A model generated the notes under the pieces. That model was not told the DNA's origin. It was given only the letters and a program-made list of their open reading frames with translations, and did no database searches. Both the position numbers and the translations under genes were made by a program. From Eutreptiella sp. 'Long Island Sound 2002' (taxonomy: Eukaryota > Protista > Euglenida): 33,000 nucleotides of DNA. Of this stretch, positions 21,311 through 33,000 are shown piece by piece; the first letter of the stretch is position 1; each line of letters starts with the position of its first letter. The stretch lies in NCBI GenBank assembly GCA_964036045.1, contig OZ038378.1:184450001-184483000 (forward strand). Reading direction: 5' to 3'.

Positions 21311-22882
21311 CTTGTGAATTTCGAACATGAAGGGTTCTGGGAATGGTCCAGTTTCTGCCGACCATATGCACAACACTCACTATGCACCCTATGCATGCGC
21401 CTGTGCGACAGAGACAGCGTAGGTCCTGTTGCATCCCTCCAGCCAACCATCGGTCAAAGAGGAGGGGGCAGGTGGGCAGGGGAGGGCCCGCAGTCAAGGG
21501 GGGTGGCCTGTTCGAATATTGACACCCAACCGTGTCAGAGAACTTTTGGGGGTCCGGGGGCAGTGAGTGCCTCTGGGCAGGTGGCTGTGGAACAGGCCTC
21601 AGGCAACAGGGTTCTGCATCATCCCCCCCCTCCCCCAAATTCAAAGGGGACCAGCAACCAACACATGCTGTCCAAACCCACGTCAGGAGACACACAGGGG
21701 TTGAGGCGCAACGGCACACTTCAGGGAGACTCCCTTGGCACACGCAATCAGGGGACCCAACGGTCAGATGGAGATCCCGGGCTTTGACAAGGCCGGGCTT
21801 GTGCAGGACCCGAAGGCAGGCAGTTCTTGTCGGGGTTCGGCTGAAAATTGCATGGAAATAATTAAAGTGGGCTTCTGCGATGAGCAGACACAACTCTTCA
21901 CAGGCATTACCCAGCCCCTCTTTTCCACTAAACGAGAAGTCATGTGGCTCAGCTTTCGATCGCACCTGGAGGTTACAGGGCCCCACACCATGGGCACTGA
22001 GTTCACTCACAAGGTCTTGACTAAATCGCTGTGCGTGTGAGTGGCCCACGCGTGAACGCGTTCACAAGGCAGTATGGTGTGGGCCCTACAGGACCTGCGG
22101 AAGCCATGTGGCTCAGCTTTCGATCGCACCTGGAGGTTACAGGGCCCCACACCATGGGCACTGAGTTCACTCACAAGGTCTTGACTAAATCGCTGTGCGT
22201 GTGAGTGGCCCACGCGTGAACGCGTTCACAAGGCAGTATGGTGTGGGCCCTACAGGACCTGCGGCTCCACCACTAAGCGGAGCAACAAGGGGTGCCCAGG
22301 GCTGCCCTGGACCCACCGCCGCCTTGACAGCCAGCGAGTCTGCGCGAGGGCTGGCCCTGCACTGCCACAAGGTTGGAGACTTAGCTCAGGGTTCGTTTCA
22401 TGGCCCGCCCATCCGCCCATCCGCACGAAATCCTGGCCATTGCCGTTTGGTAACAACACCTTCAGCATGCAGACGAACACATACTCCGTGAAGGAAACCA
22501 AGAAACCCAAAAACTACAGTCAGAAAACAAAAGGTCAGCGGAGTTGCCATGGTTAGACGAGGCAGTGGTCATGGAAGAGTGGCAAAAGCGCTGGTTGGCC
22601 AATATGAAAGTGGTTGGGGACAGAATCGGGCAGTTAAGGACGGTTGGAGGGCAGACCGAAGCGGCTGGGGCGGAACCAACCCTCAGTGCCACAGAGGGGT
22701 ACATTACCCTGATCAAGCACAGGCCTGATCTGGTGCGATTCATTGCCTTGATCCTCGCAAGACAACCGAAGGGAAAGGATGCCAGTAGCGGCACAAACTC
22801 CTGCAACTACGCAGCGTCTGAAGCAGGTGTGGACTTTTGCCACTGCCACCCCATGAAACAACGAACTGCACTTGGGCATTAG
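21311..22882 (+). CDS. Candidate spliced gene or pseudogene of unknown function (putative exons 21311-21418, 21768-21971, 22466 to about 22826/22882)
   Basis: Three protein-like open stretches bounded by AG/GT in phase 0 (LVNFEHEGFWEWSSFC...; MEIPGFDKAGLVQDP...; HADEHILREG...LPWLDEAVVMEEWQKRW...). The second donor (GTTACA) is weak and no homology was recognised. Confidence 0.35.
21936..22264. repeat. Near-perfect 164-bp tandem duplication
   Basis: 21941-22100 is identical to 22105-22264 (period 164). Each copy contains the perfect palindrome GTGAACGCGTTCAC (22052-22065, 22216-22229). Confidence 0.95.
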
Positions 22883-23296
22883 AAACTCAGCAGGAGTCTT
22901 GCACAGGTAAACCAGTGAGTTATGCAAATGACGCCGGACTAGGTGGGTTACCGAGTTGGGATCCCTGGTCTGAACGCTAAGGTGCCCTCAGTGACCCCAC
23001 ATTCCGGAAGGGACTGCTGCCGGGAGATTGCGCGGGTATTCTACTCCTACCCACACCCTCTTTCTGATTACAACCGGCGACCAAATATGTCAGATTGCAT
23101 GGTGGGCCCACGATTGACGGTACCACACGCACACACATACACATGCACGCGTGTGTATGCACACACGTGGGGAATGCAGAAGAAAGCAAAGCGAGGTGAG
23201 TGCAGTGGCAGTTCACTTGGAGCAGCAATCTCGTCAAGCCAGGAAAGTGATCGTCAGGCCAAAGGAGTTGAAGTGTAAGCATGTGTGGCTAGGCAC

Positions 23297-23388
23297 CTTT
23301 CTAGAGCAAACACAAGCACTTCACGATGGTTAGGAAGCCCAGACTCCATGACTTGCCGCATGCTCTTCATGTTCTTTTCGTTGTTGGC
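23297..23388 (-). CDS. Candidate isolated exon (ANNEKNMKSMRQVMESGLPNHREVLVFALE)
   Basis: Pyrimidine-rich acceptor CCTTCTCGTCAG| and donor AG|GTGCCT flank a stop-free, protein-like 92 nt. Parent gene unknown. Confidence 0.35.
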
Positions 23389-24873
23389 CTGACGAGAAGG
23401 CCCCGCGTCCAGTGTCGTCATGCTAACTGCACGGCGCATTCGGGTTTTGGTCTGTCCGCATAGTATGTGTATGTGCACACAGGGCACGTGCTGCACCTTG
23501 AGACCCATGGGGGGAGAGCAAAGCGACGAAGAGGGCACAAAATCTGACCGCCAGACACGCAGAAACACGCGCACGCACACACATACATAGGAGGAGGACG
23601 AGGAGATGCGGTCCCCCGGTAGGGCGCACCCGCCGCACAACCCATGGTGCCCGCCGGCCCTCTCTGGTCTGACCGCGACCGAGAGGGGGGTCTCTGTCCC
23701 GACCCGTCCGGGTAAGCATCATGGCGAAGGCTCTCCTCTTCGTCTCCTCCCCATGGTCCCCTGGGCCCCGCAACAAGCACGCACCCCCGCCCTACACGCT
23801 ACTGGTACCCCCCAGGGGCTCGGATCAGGGGGCGAGGCGGAGCGCCGGCTCCACCTCCGGCACGTCCCGCCACCCCCCTTCGGGGCAAGGGACGCCAATA
23901 CATGCATGTGCATACAGGCGCACAAAAATGCACAAAAATAAAGGGGAGGACTGCATGTGTGCACAAACATACACCCATGCCCCCACGCACACGCCCAAGC
24001 ACAATGGACACCGGTTTGTAAATCACCAGGAGCAAATTAGAAACCCCTGCGCCATTGCACACCATTCCTCATGGTGAAATACACATTTTTTCACCTCTGA
24101 GCAATCCCCGTGTACAAAGTCCGTCATCACTGATCAATACAAAAGTACAATACACATGTGTGCCTTTGGGTACACACAGGGGCAACCAGGGTAGCACGGG
24201 ACACTGCAGATCCAGAGCAGTGATGAGTGCTGCATCATACGGGTCGCAGTGGGCCACAGGGTAACATTTGCAAGAGAACAGCACCTTTGTACAATTGGAC
24301 ATCTTTTTATAAGAATGTATCTACAGTATAGTTGGTATTGGCATCAATGCATGTTGGACATACATGGCATCACTGGGCATGTTGTCAATGCAGGCATCCA
24401 GGAAATGAAATGCTGTAAATTGGTTTGCTCGTGTTCAGACGGTTCTAACACACAGGAATCCGATGCAGGAAGGATTCCCAGAGGACGAAGGCAGCGCGGT
24501 GCTTGCAGAAGTCTCGCCAGTACCGCTGCAGCGACACCGGCTTCCCGCTATCAGGCCTTCAGGGCAGGGGGAAGGGGGTGATAAAGGAGGTTGGCGACTG
24601 CAGGGTAGAGGGGGAGACAACATCGTTACGCAAATAGGTCCCGTTTCGACATGGCAGCGCATATGGTACTCCGCTCCCTTACGCAAGCACGAGCCAGGTC
24701 AGGGGCAAAATGGTCGGATGGGGATCCCGCGCAATCCTTCTATTGGTGGCCAGGGAGGGGGGGGGGGGGGTTCAAATCCTGCAGGAGGCAGGCCCTTTTT
24801 GAGGGCACGCCTGCCTGTGCCCTACCCCTGCCCCAGGGGGTCTAGCCCAAGAGGCGGACTTCATCCCGTTGTT

Positions 24874-25677
24874 ATGAGCAGCAACGCCTCTTTCATGCAT
24901 GAACGAGCCCCTTCTTCCCCACCACCAGGGCTCAAATCCATGTCATCTTACGTTCTCGCCACACAGACCGCGGTCAACAGAGTCGCCTGGGGGCATCAGG
25001 AATTGCGAATCCCAACATTCTCCCATGCCTTGCGGCGGTACCAACACCAACACCACCACCACCACCACCAACAGTTGAAAAGCCTTGTTTGTTCCATCGA
25101 GTGCCTGCCAGTGCAGGAGCCCCTCACTTGGCCTGTGGTGGGAATTGTTGCAATGGAAATCTCCGCCTTGGGGCTGCGTATGCCCCGTCAGTACGCACAG
25201 GACCCAGCGCAGGTGGGTGCGTTGATGCGACACTCGTGGGAGGCTGCGGTTGGTGCCGCGCCGGCCTGGACCACGACACTGGCGACATATCCACAACGCC
25301 GGAGGTCTTCGGAGTGTTCGTGTTGAAAAGCACCCCGGAGCGCGTGGACAGCAGCGGGGGTGGGAGCTGATTGGGCACCAGCAGCACCCACATCGCACTC
25401 GTCTGTGGCATCGCCGGCGGGACGGGCATGGGGTTTGCTTGCGGCAGAGGCCTGCATTGGAGAGGAGAGGTACCATGGCAGGTCAGCAACCGCTGCTGCG
25501 GAGAAGAGAGAAGCATCGAGAGGGGCTGAGATAGGGACCGATAAAGCCAAAAAGGTTTGCCAACTTCCGCGCTTCCTGGCATCGATGGTGCCCCATGCCC
25601 CATGCCATGCACAATACCCTTCGTGCAACTGGTGGGGGGGGGGGGGGGACTGGAGTGGGCCATTGCTCCCTACTTGA
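24874..25677 (+). pseudogene. Protein-like frame interrupted by one TGA (25324-25326); possible decayed transposon ORF
   Basis: ORF 24463-25326 and ORF 25360-25677 are in the same frame separated by a single stop. The frame contains a His run and LVCSIECLPVQEPLTWPVVGIVAMEISALGLRMP... No family recognised. Confidence 0.25.
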
Positions 25678-28199
25678 ACAACATGACGGACGGGTGTTGA
25701 CTACCGCAGAAATACAACCACGTCTCTTGACGTTTAATGCGACTCATTAGTTTCCGATCGCGATTGTGCGCGAGGTCCGATGAATGAACGAAGCTGCAAT
25801 CCCAAAGAGGGATTGCTGACTCCCCACGCCTGGGTCGAAATGTGGAACCTGGCCGATGTGCAATTCGACTCCAGGGGGGAGGGGCGGATCTGAGGCACCC
25901 CAATCAGTTTATGTACTTGAAATCAGACGCCGCTTCGCAGACTTCATTTTTCCCCTGAGGGTCTGATGTGGGCTGGTGCGGGGCGGGGGTCCGTGGATTG
26001 ACATCACACTCGCAATGGCCTGCTCCCAATCTGCCTTTGAATTTTGGTGGATGGGGAAGATCAAATCAAGGCAGTTTCCGACCGCCTCCCCATACATTAG
26101 ACTGCTTGCACTGACAACAAAAGAATGCTGGTTGGATGTCAGACACTGTGCACGATCACACAGCAGCCCAGCAACAGTGCCCACGATGCGGTGCAAAAGC
26201 AAACAAATGGGTGATCGAAGCATAACCGCTGTGCAACTCAGCGCAACGGAGGTAAGCGCAGTGCACAAACGCAGTTGTGCGCTACCCGCAACCCAAAGAA
26301 GCGTCCTCGCGATCCATCGGAGCGCAACCGCAGTGCAAAAGGCGTGACCAATGCAGCGAAGTATGACCGCAATGCAACAGCAGACAGCACTGCACTGAAT
26401 CATGGCAGGCGCGTTACGCAATATGTACCTGGGGACACTTGGTGGGTGTTGCACAAGATTGCGGTTGCGGAGCATTTGCATCTGGCTTTGTTGCTGAGCT
26501 GGAACTTGAGGCACGATTACAGGCCCTGTGGCGCAACGCAATGGGCATGTGGCGGGAGAACACATCGGGTGGGAAGGGGACCACAGGTGGCGCTCCACGA
26601 AAATGCAAACTGACAAATGGCAGTCCCTGGAAGCGCAGAGAGCCAGAAGCAGTCCAGAAAGCGTTGTCAGCATTGTAACTGTAACTGCAAATTGTCGACA
26701 CTGTCAGCATGTTGTAGACAAGAATTTTCCTTCAGTGGCAAGGGGCGGAGTGCCGTAACGTAGCGCTGTAACGTATGAGAGGCCGCACAGTGGAGGGCTG
26801 GGTGAAAGCGGGTGGGTGGGGGCGCCTACGCGCATACTATCTGTTCCGGTAGGGTTACGGCGGGTCACCCGGAGTCGACAACTCATAAATGCTTTTTTCC
26901 AAAAATGATTGGGGGCCAATTGGGATACTATTTGGGGTCCACAGTCACGAACTGCCAACGAGGCATTTTGGCATTGCAAATGGGTCCAAAAAAAAAAAGG
27001 TGGGAAATGACTTTTTTCAAACCAGTTCAAGAACCCTGCAGGACACCAAAAATGACCCTGCAGTTTTGACCCTTTTTTGACCCCCGAAAATGGGCCCCTT
27101 TACATGGGTTTTTTGCGAGTTTGAGGAGGCCAAAATGCTTCATGTATGATTTAAAAAGGACTAAAAACACTTGATTGCATGACGCGTCGGTGCGACAGAT
27201 GTACCACCGTGTGTGAAGCTATGGATTTTGGTTGCAAGGTATCTTCCTCACTCTGCTCACCTCAGGGTGCAAGGTTCAGTGCTCCCTTTCTCATCCCTCC
27301 CCCCTTCAATAGCACCATCTACCGGGCTCCGGCCCACTTGGCAGCCAAAAAGAGGTGTTGCCGCAACGCACATCCGTCCGTGCCTCGACTCCAAAACAAC
27401 ACCCCCAGAAGGGGGATGAACATTTATGGAGATCCGGAGCTCCGATTGCCGGACAGATTGTTCTTTCACAACACGAGGGCAGTCCCTAATAGCCAACGTG
27501 CATACTGTTGCAAACTGTTCTGAAATCAAAATTTGTTTGCTTGTATCTCTGTCCAATTCTTTTTCTTTGTGCCCTTTCCTCGTTTTGTTTTCTGGTACAC
27601 ATGCAAAGTTTTTAGAAATTCTTGAATGCAATCCTTTCGGAAACTTTTGTTACCACTAATCATTTAACTTCTTTGGTACTCATGCTTGGCAAAGCACCAT
27701 GGCACATTTGCATGTAATCAACCCTTAAGGAAAAATAAAAAACAACTGCTCCACAAATGTGCGGCACAAATTGGTCCAAATGAAGGGGATGGTCGCAGTG
27801 ATTGGTCACTGAGACTCCACAACAAAAACCTTCAGAGAGATAAACTCACTGTGGTTGGCACCATCGCGGTTGTGGGACTAAGCCCAGATGACGGGCATGA
27901 GAAGAGTGATGGGTCACTCAGACACCAATACTTTGCAGAGGTCTGAATGAGCCATCACTACTCCCATCTACATCTCCCAGAAAATCTGCATCTGCCAAAA
28001 AAATTTTCAGTCACACTTGGCCAGTGCACTCAAGGACAGGAGCAACAGCACCACCAAGGCAATCACAACTGCCAAGCAATGGCTACTTGATCACCCAAGG
28101 TGGTCTCCTTTGCCTTTCCAGCGGTAATCTCTGGTCCAAAAACAACCACGAAACCTCCCAGGCGTCCAGTACCCAAGACAGGCACGGACGCTGACTGAA

Positions 28200-28290
28200 G
28201 GACAACCGACGGCGGGTAGAGAGGAGCCGGCGGTGGTTGGGGAGTAGCCGCCGGCTCTGGGAGGGACCGCCTATGGGCCGATTGGACTCG
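28200..28290 (-). repeat. AACCGCCGTCGGTT-family degenerate array (copy 2)
   Basis: AACCGACGGCGGGT, AGCCGGCGGTGGTT and AGCCGCCGGCT units at about 20-bp spacing on the + strand. Confidence 0.55.
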
Positions 28291-28476
28291 GGCCTGCCTG
28301 AAAGAACACGAGATTGATCTGCAGCCTCAGCACTCCCACATATTTGGACAGACGGGGCAGCTGATGGCCCACCGGGCCCTAATATCTGGAGCATGAGCAG
28401 TACACTGAATTTTAGTTACCCGAATTTCTTGCAGTGGCCATCATGTCTCAATGTCATACACATTATTTGCACATAC

Positions 28477-28860
28477 TTGCGATACTTAAAGGCACATTCT
28501 GCAGAGCGGCCATCATCGGATATGGCTCTGACACCGCCCCTGCCACGGATTCTTTGGGATCTGCCACTGTAATATGATTTTGTCGGGATCTCCGGCCGTT
28601 GTGCACGGGTTTTGGCTCCGTCTTCATGGTCGGGCCTGGCTCTTGCTGTTGCTGAAGGGCAAGGACGACTTTGTGGAGGGACGCCACAGAGTCAGAGAGT
28701 CTTCTCAACGCGAGGCTGCCCCCAAGATCCTGCTTGCTTCTGGCCGACATCTCCATGGGATCTGGAGCCACAAGCGCAGGAGAGAACAAACGACGGGGAG
28801 ACACAGTGCACACCGCTGAAGAAAGCTGCTTTGAACGTGCGGACATAGCATTCCGATCTA
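28477..28860 (-). CDS. Candidate exon encoding a low-complexity Ser/Pro/Gln-rich region, possibly part of the NEK C-terminal tail
   Basis: Open frame within ORF 28463-28957 with an internal repeat (MSARSKQ twice) and a strong donor A|GTATGT at 28477/28476. The 5' acceptor is ambiguous and linkage to NEK is unproven. Confidence 0.4.
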
Positions 28861-29920
28861 TACCCCCCCCCCTGTGTGACATTCCGTCAGGTTGCAGTTT
28901 CTGTACAGGGCCCTGGACAGTCACCCATTCTTCCCTTCGTGTGCAGCGTCGGGTCAATGCTTTCTGACGGCCGCTGCGGCCTGTGTTTCTTGTGGTGTCG
29001 TTTCCGGGTTAGCAGAGCCCAGTAGTTGGCTTACTGGGGTTGTGCTGGAGGCTGGGAGGTGCTCACCACAACCAGCACCGTGAATGTCACACAAGGCCAG
29101 GGGTGCTAGCTCACCAATGTGTGACTTGCTGGTAGTGCGTTGCAGTAATATCTTCTGCGCTCTGCGCCATTCATGGCGAGCGCGTTGCAGAAATATCTTC
29201 GCTTAGAGTATTCGCACTCTGTCCACGGCGGAGTGGACAGAGTGCGTGACAGAGTGGTTGGGGGGGGGGGGGGACCGCCCAGGCAGTGATCACGACACTG
29301 ATCAACAACAGTGATAAACAGTGATAATGCAGGATTCCAGAGGGCGAAACACTAGAACAAGCACGCGAGAGCTCGGTCGAACCACCACCGAAGAGCAAAG
29401 TGGTGTGTACCAAGGACGGCCGCGGCTCAGGGGAAAGGAACTCCGAACACGCTCCTAATCCTCATACTGGGGCCCATTTGACAGGTGCAAGGCAGAAAGT
29501 TAGGCCTCGATCCAGGGGCGGGCCTGCGCTTAAACGGGGTGTTGTACCCCCCGCCCCCCACTTCGGGGATGACTGTACGGAGCACCCTGAGTGCAGTGTT
29601 CTTTCGTGCAGCAAACGGTGTCAAGAAACAAGGGTCTCGGTAGTGCCAAAGCACGCACTGACAAATGTCGCGTGCAAGCCCCAACGTTAGCCCTAGCCGG
29701 GCTGCGCTTGAGGTTTGGGGGGAGGGGCTGAAGGGAGGTGTCAAGAGCGGTTGCAAGAGCGATTACTGGCGGCTGAAAAGCGGTTTCAGTATCACATTCA
29801 TGCTAGCGGTTGCAAAACGGTTTGGAGGACGATGGGGGGTACGACAGAAGCGGATGGGGCGGAACGGCCAAATTTAGACAAAAAAGAAAAGACAACTGGG
29901 TGACCTTACACTCGGTCATA

Positions 29921-30030
29921 GTCGGGCGGAAACCGACGGCGGTTGGAGGTTAGCCGAAGGCGGCTGGACGGCAACCGCGGCGGGTCAGAGGCAGGGTCAG
30001 AGGGTAACCGACGGCGGTTGAGCGGTTGTC
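29921..30030 (-). repeat. AACCGCCGTCGGTT-family degenerate array (copy 3)
   Basis: Two exact AACCGACGGCGGTT units plus degenerate ones. Translates on the - strand as NRRRLPS-like repeats. Confidence 0.65.
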
Positions 30031-30745
30031 TTGAGCGCTCCCTGAGGGTGCTCCTTAGTGCCAAGGTAATAAAAAGGAAAGACGGGGTGAAAAAGGAGCG
30101 CCCTTCAGTGGATGCTCCGCGATCAGGACTCCCCTCCAAACCTTTCTGGTCACGGAGAGGGGGGGGGGGGGGTGCCTTTGATTAGGGCGGCACAGCAGTC
30201 ATCACCGCAGAGCCAACAGCACACCTGCGGGCCCTGCAACAGGGTACAGCGAAGCTGAGAAGGAATTGGCCTTCTCTGGGGCCTTGCGACGGCGTGTCGG
30301 AGGCTTATCCGTTGACTGCACCGGGGGCCGAGACTTGTGATACGACCTTGGCTTTGTCCCAGAAAACCTTTGAAATCAGTGAAGAGACCTGGTCTGGCTC
30401 CTAACAAACGGCAACTGCTCCCATGAGAAACACCCGCACGGAACACACCTAAGCGCACGAATGCGCAGTAAAAGACGTATGACTAAAAGTGGGCCTCCCT
30501 TGCAACCCGTCCCAAACGTCTCCGACATCGTCCAGCTGGCTCCAAACCTCTCCAACCCCATCCGCCTCGCCCCACACCTCTTACCCTGAAGCAACTGACT
30601 CCAACCTCGCAACTGACTTCAACCCCCTTCATTACTCAACCCTCTCCAACGCTCTCCTCAGGTCTGCTACGACCCCATGTGCATGTGGTTGTGGTGGTGA
30701 ACAGCTTCAGGATCCATATGACATCCTGCAGGCAACAACTGAGCA

Positions 30746-33000
30746 TCACTGTTCGAAAGCAGACCTGAGTTCCGCAATTCGATTGAGGTACGAAACAGGG
30801 ACGCTTGCATCGTGGCACTGAAAAGTTAACCACTGATTCAATCTCGCTTTCAAAACTGGGGCTTGCAGCACTTCCGTGACAGTGGGACGGCGGCTTGCAT
30901 CTTTTTGCAAACAGCGATCCACCACCGACGCCAAACCAGGCTCATAGACTCTTGGCGGAGGGCTGTAGACCCCTGCAGGAAGCGGTGCGACAGATGCCGG
31001 GTTCTGAGTGAGGATACAGCGCCCCCACTGAATTAACCCCCGCCCACTGTTCCGGTGTTGAAATAGCACACCATCAAAGAACGAAGCACCATTTGACGGC
31101 ACAATTCGCGTTGGTTGCAGGCAAGCGCGATTCGCCGTGTTGCCCAAAAATGGTCTCCAACCGAGATTGGATGTGGCACAAATGATTGGTTGTCCGATGA
31201 TAGGCTTCCATCTCCGAGGACTCCGAGAGGGCACACTAGATCTACACGGTTCCGTAGGCAATTCCTATTCCTATTCCTATTCCTCCCTCACTTTGCTCAT
31301 GTGGGTCCACAAGATCTTCAAACAATCCGACAAACGTGCAAGATCGCTCTCGAATGTGAACGCACTTGGGAATGCAAGGGCACGAATCCGCACCGTCTGT
31401 GATCTTTTGCATGAGCGTTGGCATGTCCTTGCTGGTGAATGGATGCTGCAGTGCCATCATTTCATAGAGGACAACACCCAGTGCCCAAATATCCGAACTA
31501 CAGTTGTATGGCTCCTCGGCGACAAGTTCGGGGCTTAAATATGCCGGCGTCCCCACCATCGTTTTCGTAAATTCGTCCCTAAGGAAGCGTGGAGCACCCA
31601 TGTCCAACACAATGCAAGCCTGCACAGCGGAGGCCCAACAAGAATCATGGAAATGTAACGTATGGAGTGTTCGATTTTTCGCCAAATTGGTTCATAACTT
31701 GCACGCCTAAACTGCATGACGCCATATTCGTTGTGTGTACCATTCCTTGTCCTCCATTGGGAGGCTTGGCGGAACCATGTGTTCACTTTGCAATTTTTTT
31801 TGGCAAGGTACACGGTGGCATTTCTTGTGCAAGAAATTAGGGCCCCTAACCCTAGCCCCGAGGGTCATGGGCATAACAAGGGCAGAGAACTCACCTCACT
31901 TGTGCCCCTAGCCTCCGATGTTATAGCTACACCCTCTGCACTTCATTTCACCCGTCGCTTCAGCACAAAACGCGGCCTTTGCCCGGGTGGGGGCCGAAGC
32001 CGCCCCAAAATGACTGAATGAATGAATCGACCCTCCTCTCCCAAATGGTATAGTTAGGCTCGGGTGGTTGGAACACACTGCCCTTCATGCGCAAAGCGCC
32101 AGGTGACCACCCTACATTCACACCAGCGGTAGCATGAAGCGTTCGTGGTTGATGAGAGGAAAATGTGTGTGTTCAACAACGGTCTTGCTCGTATAGGGGT
32201 TGCGTTTATGATACGACCAAACCTTAAACGTGACCCACACAAGATATAGTTCATAGGGGGGTCTACCAACTGTTGGGAAAATCCAGTGGAGAGGGAAAGA
32301 GTGAGAGAAAGAGAGGAGAGAGATGGTGAAGAAGAGGTACCAAATTACGTCCCCTATTAGCTACGGAAGCCTTGATGCTTTATGTTCCTCGAATCATCCG
32401 GATGGTCTTCATTCCGCCGATGTTCTTTGAGTGTCGGTGTGTTTGAATTTCACGTGCACTTTTATCACACACCTATCATTCAATATTTTTGCGATGCCGA
32501 AATCCCCCAACTTAATCAAGCCGTCGGAAGACACAAACAAATTCTCGAGTTTGAGATCCCTGTGCATCACATTGTGGTCGTGACAATACTCCAAAGCCAA
32601 ACAAATTTGTAAAAACCAATCTGCGAGAACAACAGGGCTGTGGGTTGTGCAACAAAAACGACAAAGCAAGGCACGGCAAAGGTGTCCCTCCACGCACTAG
32701 GAACTCCGACATACCCCAAATTCGCGTCCGTTATAGTGCATTTACCGTTGCAAATTCCCACGAGCAACGAATGCAATACCTACAATCACATTTTGAGGCA
32801 AATAATCCCCATTCCTCCGTAGAACTGCACCCAAGTCTCCACCTTCACAGTATTCCATGACGATGTGAATGCATTGGGTTTCTTTGTTGAATGTAGAGTC
32901 CACATATGTCGTAACATTGGGATGATCGAAGGCCTTCAAAACACGAGCCTCATTAACGACGCCCATTCTCTCCGCTTTGCGCATGTTTGTGCAATCAACG
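30746..33000 (-). CDS. NEK: NIMA-related Ser/Thr protein kinase, 5' part outside the window. Exons >33000-32780, 32620-32473, 31578-31394, 30972-30746 (or a donor at 30765/30764)
   Basis: Three GT-AG introns (32779-32621, 32472-31579, 31393-30973) splice in frame to give NEARVLKAFDHPNV...IVMEYCEGGDL...DWFLQICLALEYCH...HRDLKLENLF...KLGDFGIAKIL...TMVGTPAYLSPE...YNCSSDIWALGVVLYEMMALQHPF...CLQKDASRRPT, typical of NEK1/3/5-like kinases. The symbol is family-level only. Confidence 0.93.

Noticed and set aside
27750-27945. Tyrosine-recombinase box II-like text (MRRVMGHSDTNTLQRS) in a stop-ridden frame
   Set aside because: Short match, lacks the catalytic Tyr, appears as a local degenerate duplication, and no other recombinase motifs were found.
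9091-30700. Stop-codon reassignment suggested by isolated in-frame stops in protein-like frames (9570 TAA, 25324 TGA, TAA-TGA near 30630)
   Set aside because: Confidently assembled exons (NEK, caspase-like, CID-like, 19.7-21.3 kb gene) contain no internal stops; pseudogenisation explains these cases.
30973-32779. Non-canonical (euglenid-type) introns or retro-inserted spliced-leader sequence
   Set aside because: All introns I could reconstruct are GT-AG and no leader-like sequence was found, though non-canonical introns elsewhere could be missed without transcripts.

Overview
Eukaryotic nuclear DNA with spliced GT-AG genes embedded in repeat- and poly-G/poly-C-rich intergenic sequence. The repeat style is reminiscent of euglenids, but that assignment is unverified. 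Four genes are supportable. (1) A + strand gene (exons 2219-3666 and 4127-4300) appears to encode SAM-like, caspase-like (catalytic Cys replaced by His) and possibly TRADD-N-like domains. (2) A long GC-rich + strand exon (5014-7539) encodes a low-complexity/coiled-coil protein ending in two tandem CID-like domains. (3) A five-exon - strand gene (19693-21254) encodes an unknown signal-anchor protein. (4) A NIMA-related (NEK) kinase lies on the - strand (30746 to beyond 33000). The middle of the window holds a decayed LINE-like element and a Foldback/MULE-like DNA transposon (16653-17828, 10-bp TSD, modular inverted repeats) carrying a nested TSD-flanked retroposon. There is also a near-perfect 164-bp tandem duplication and a dispersed family of short hairpin repeats. 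No rRNA, tRNA or CRISPR array was recognised. All domain calls are by-eye motif matches, not database results.
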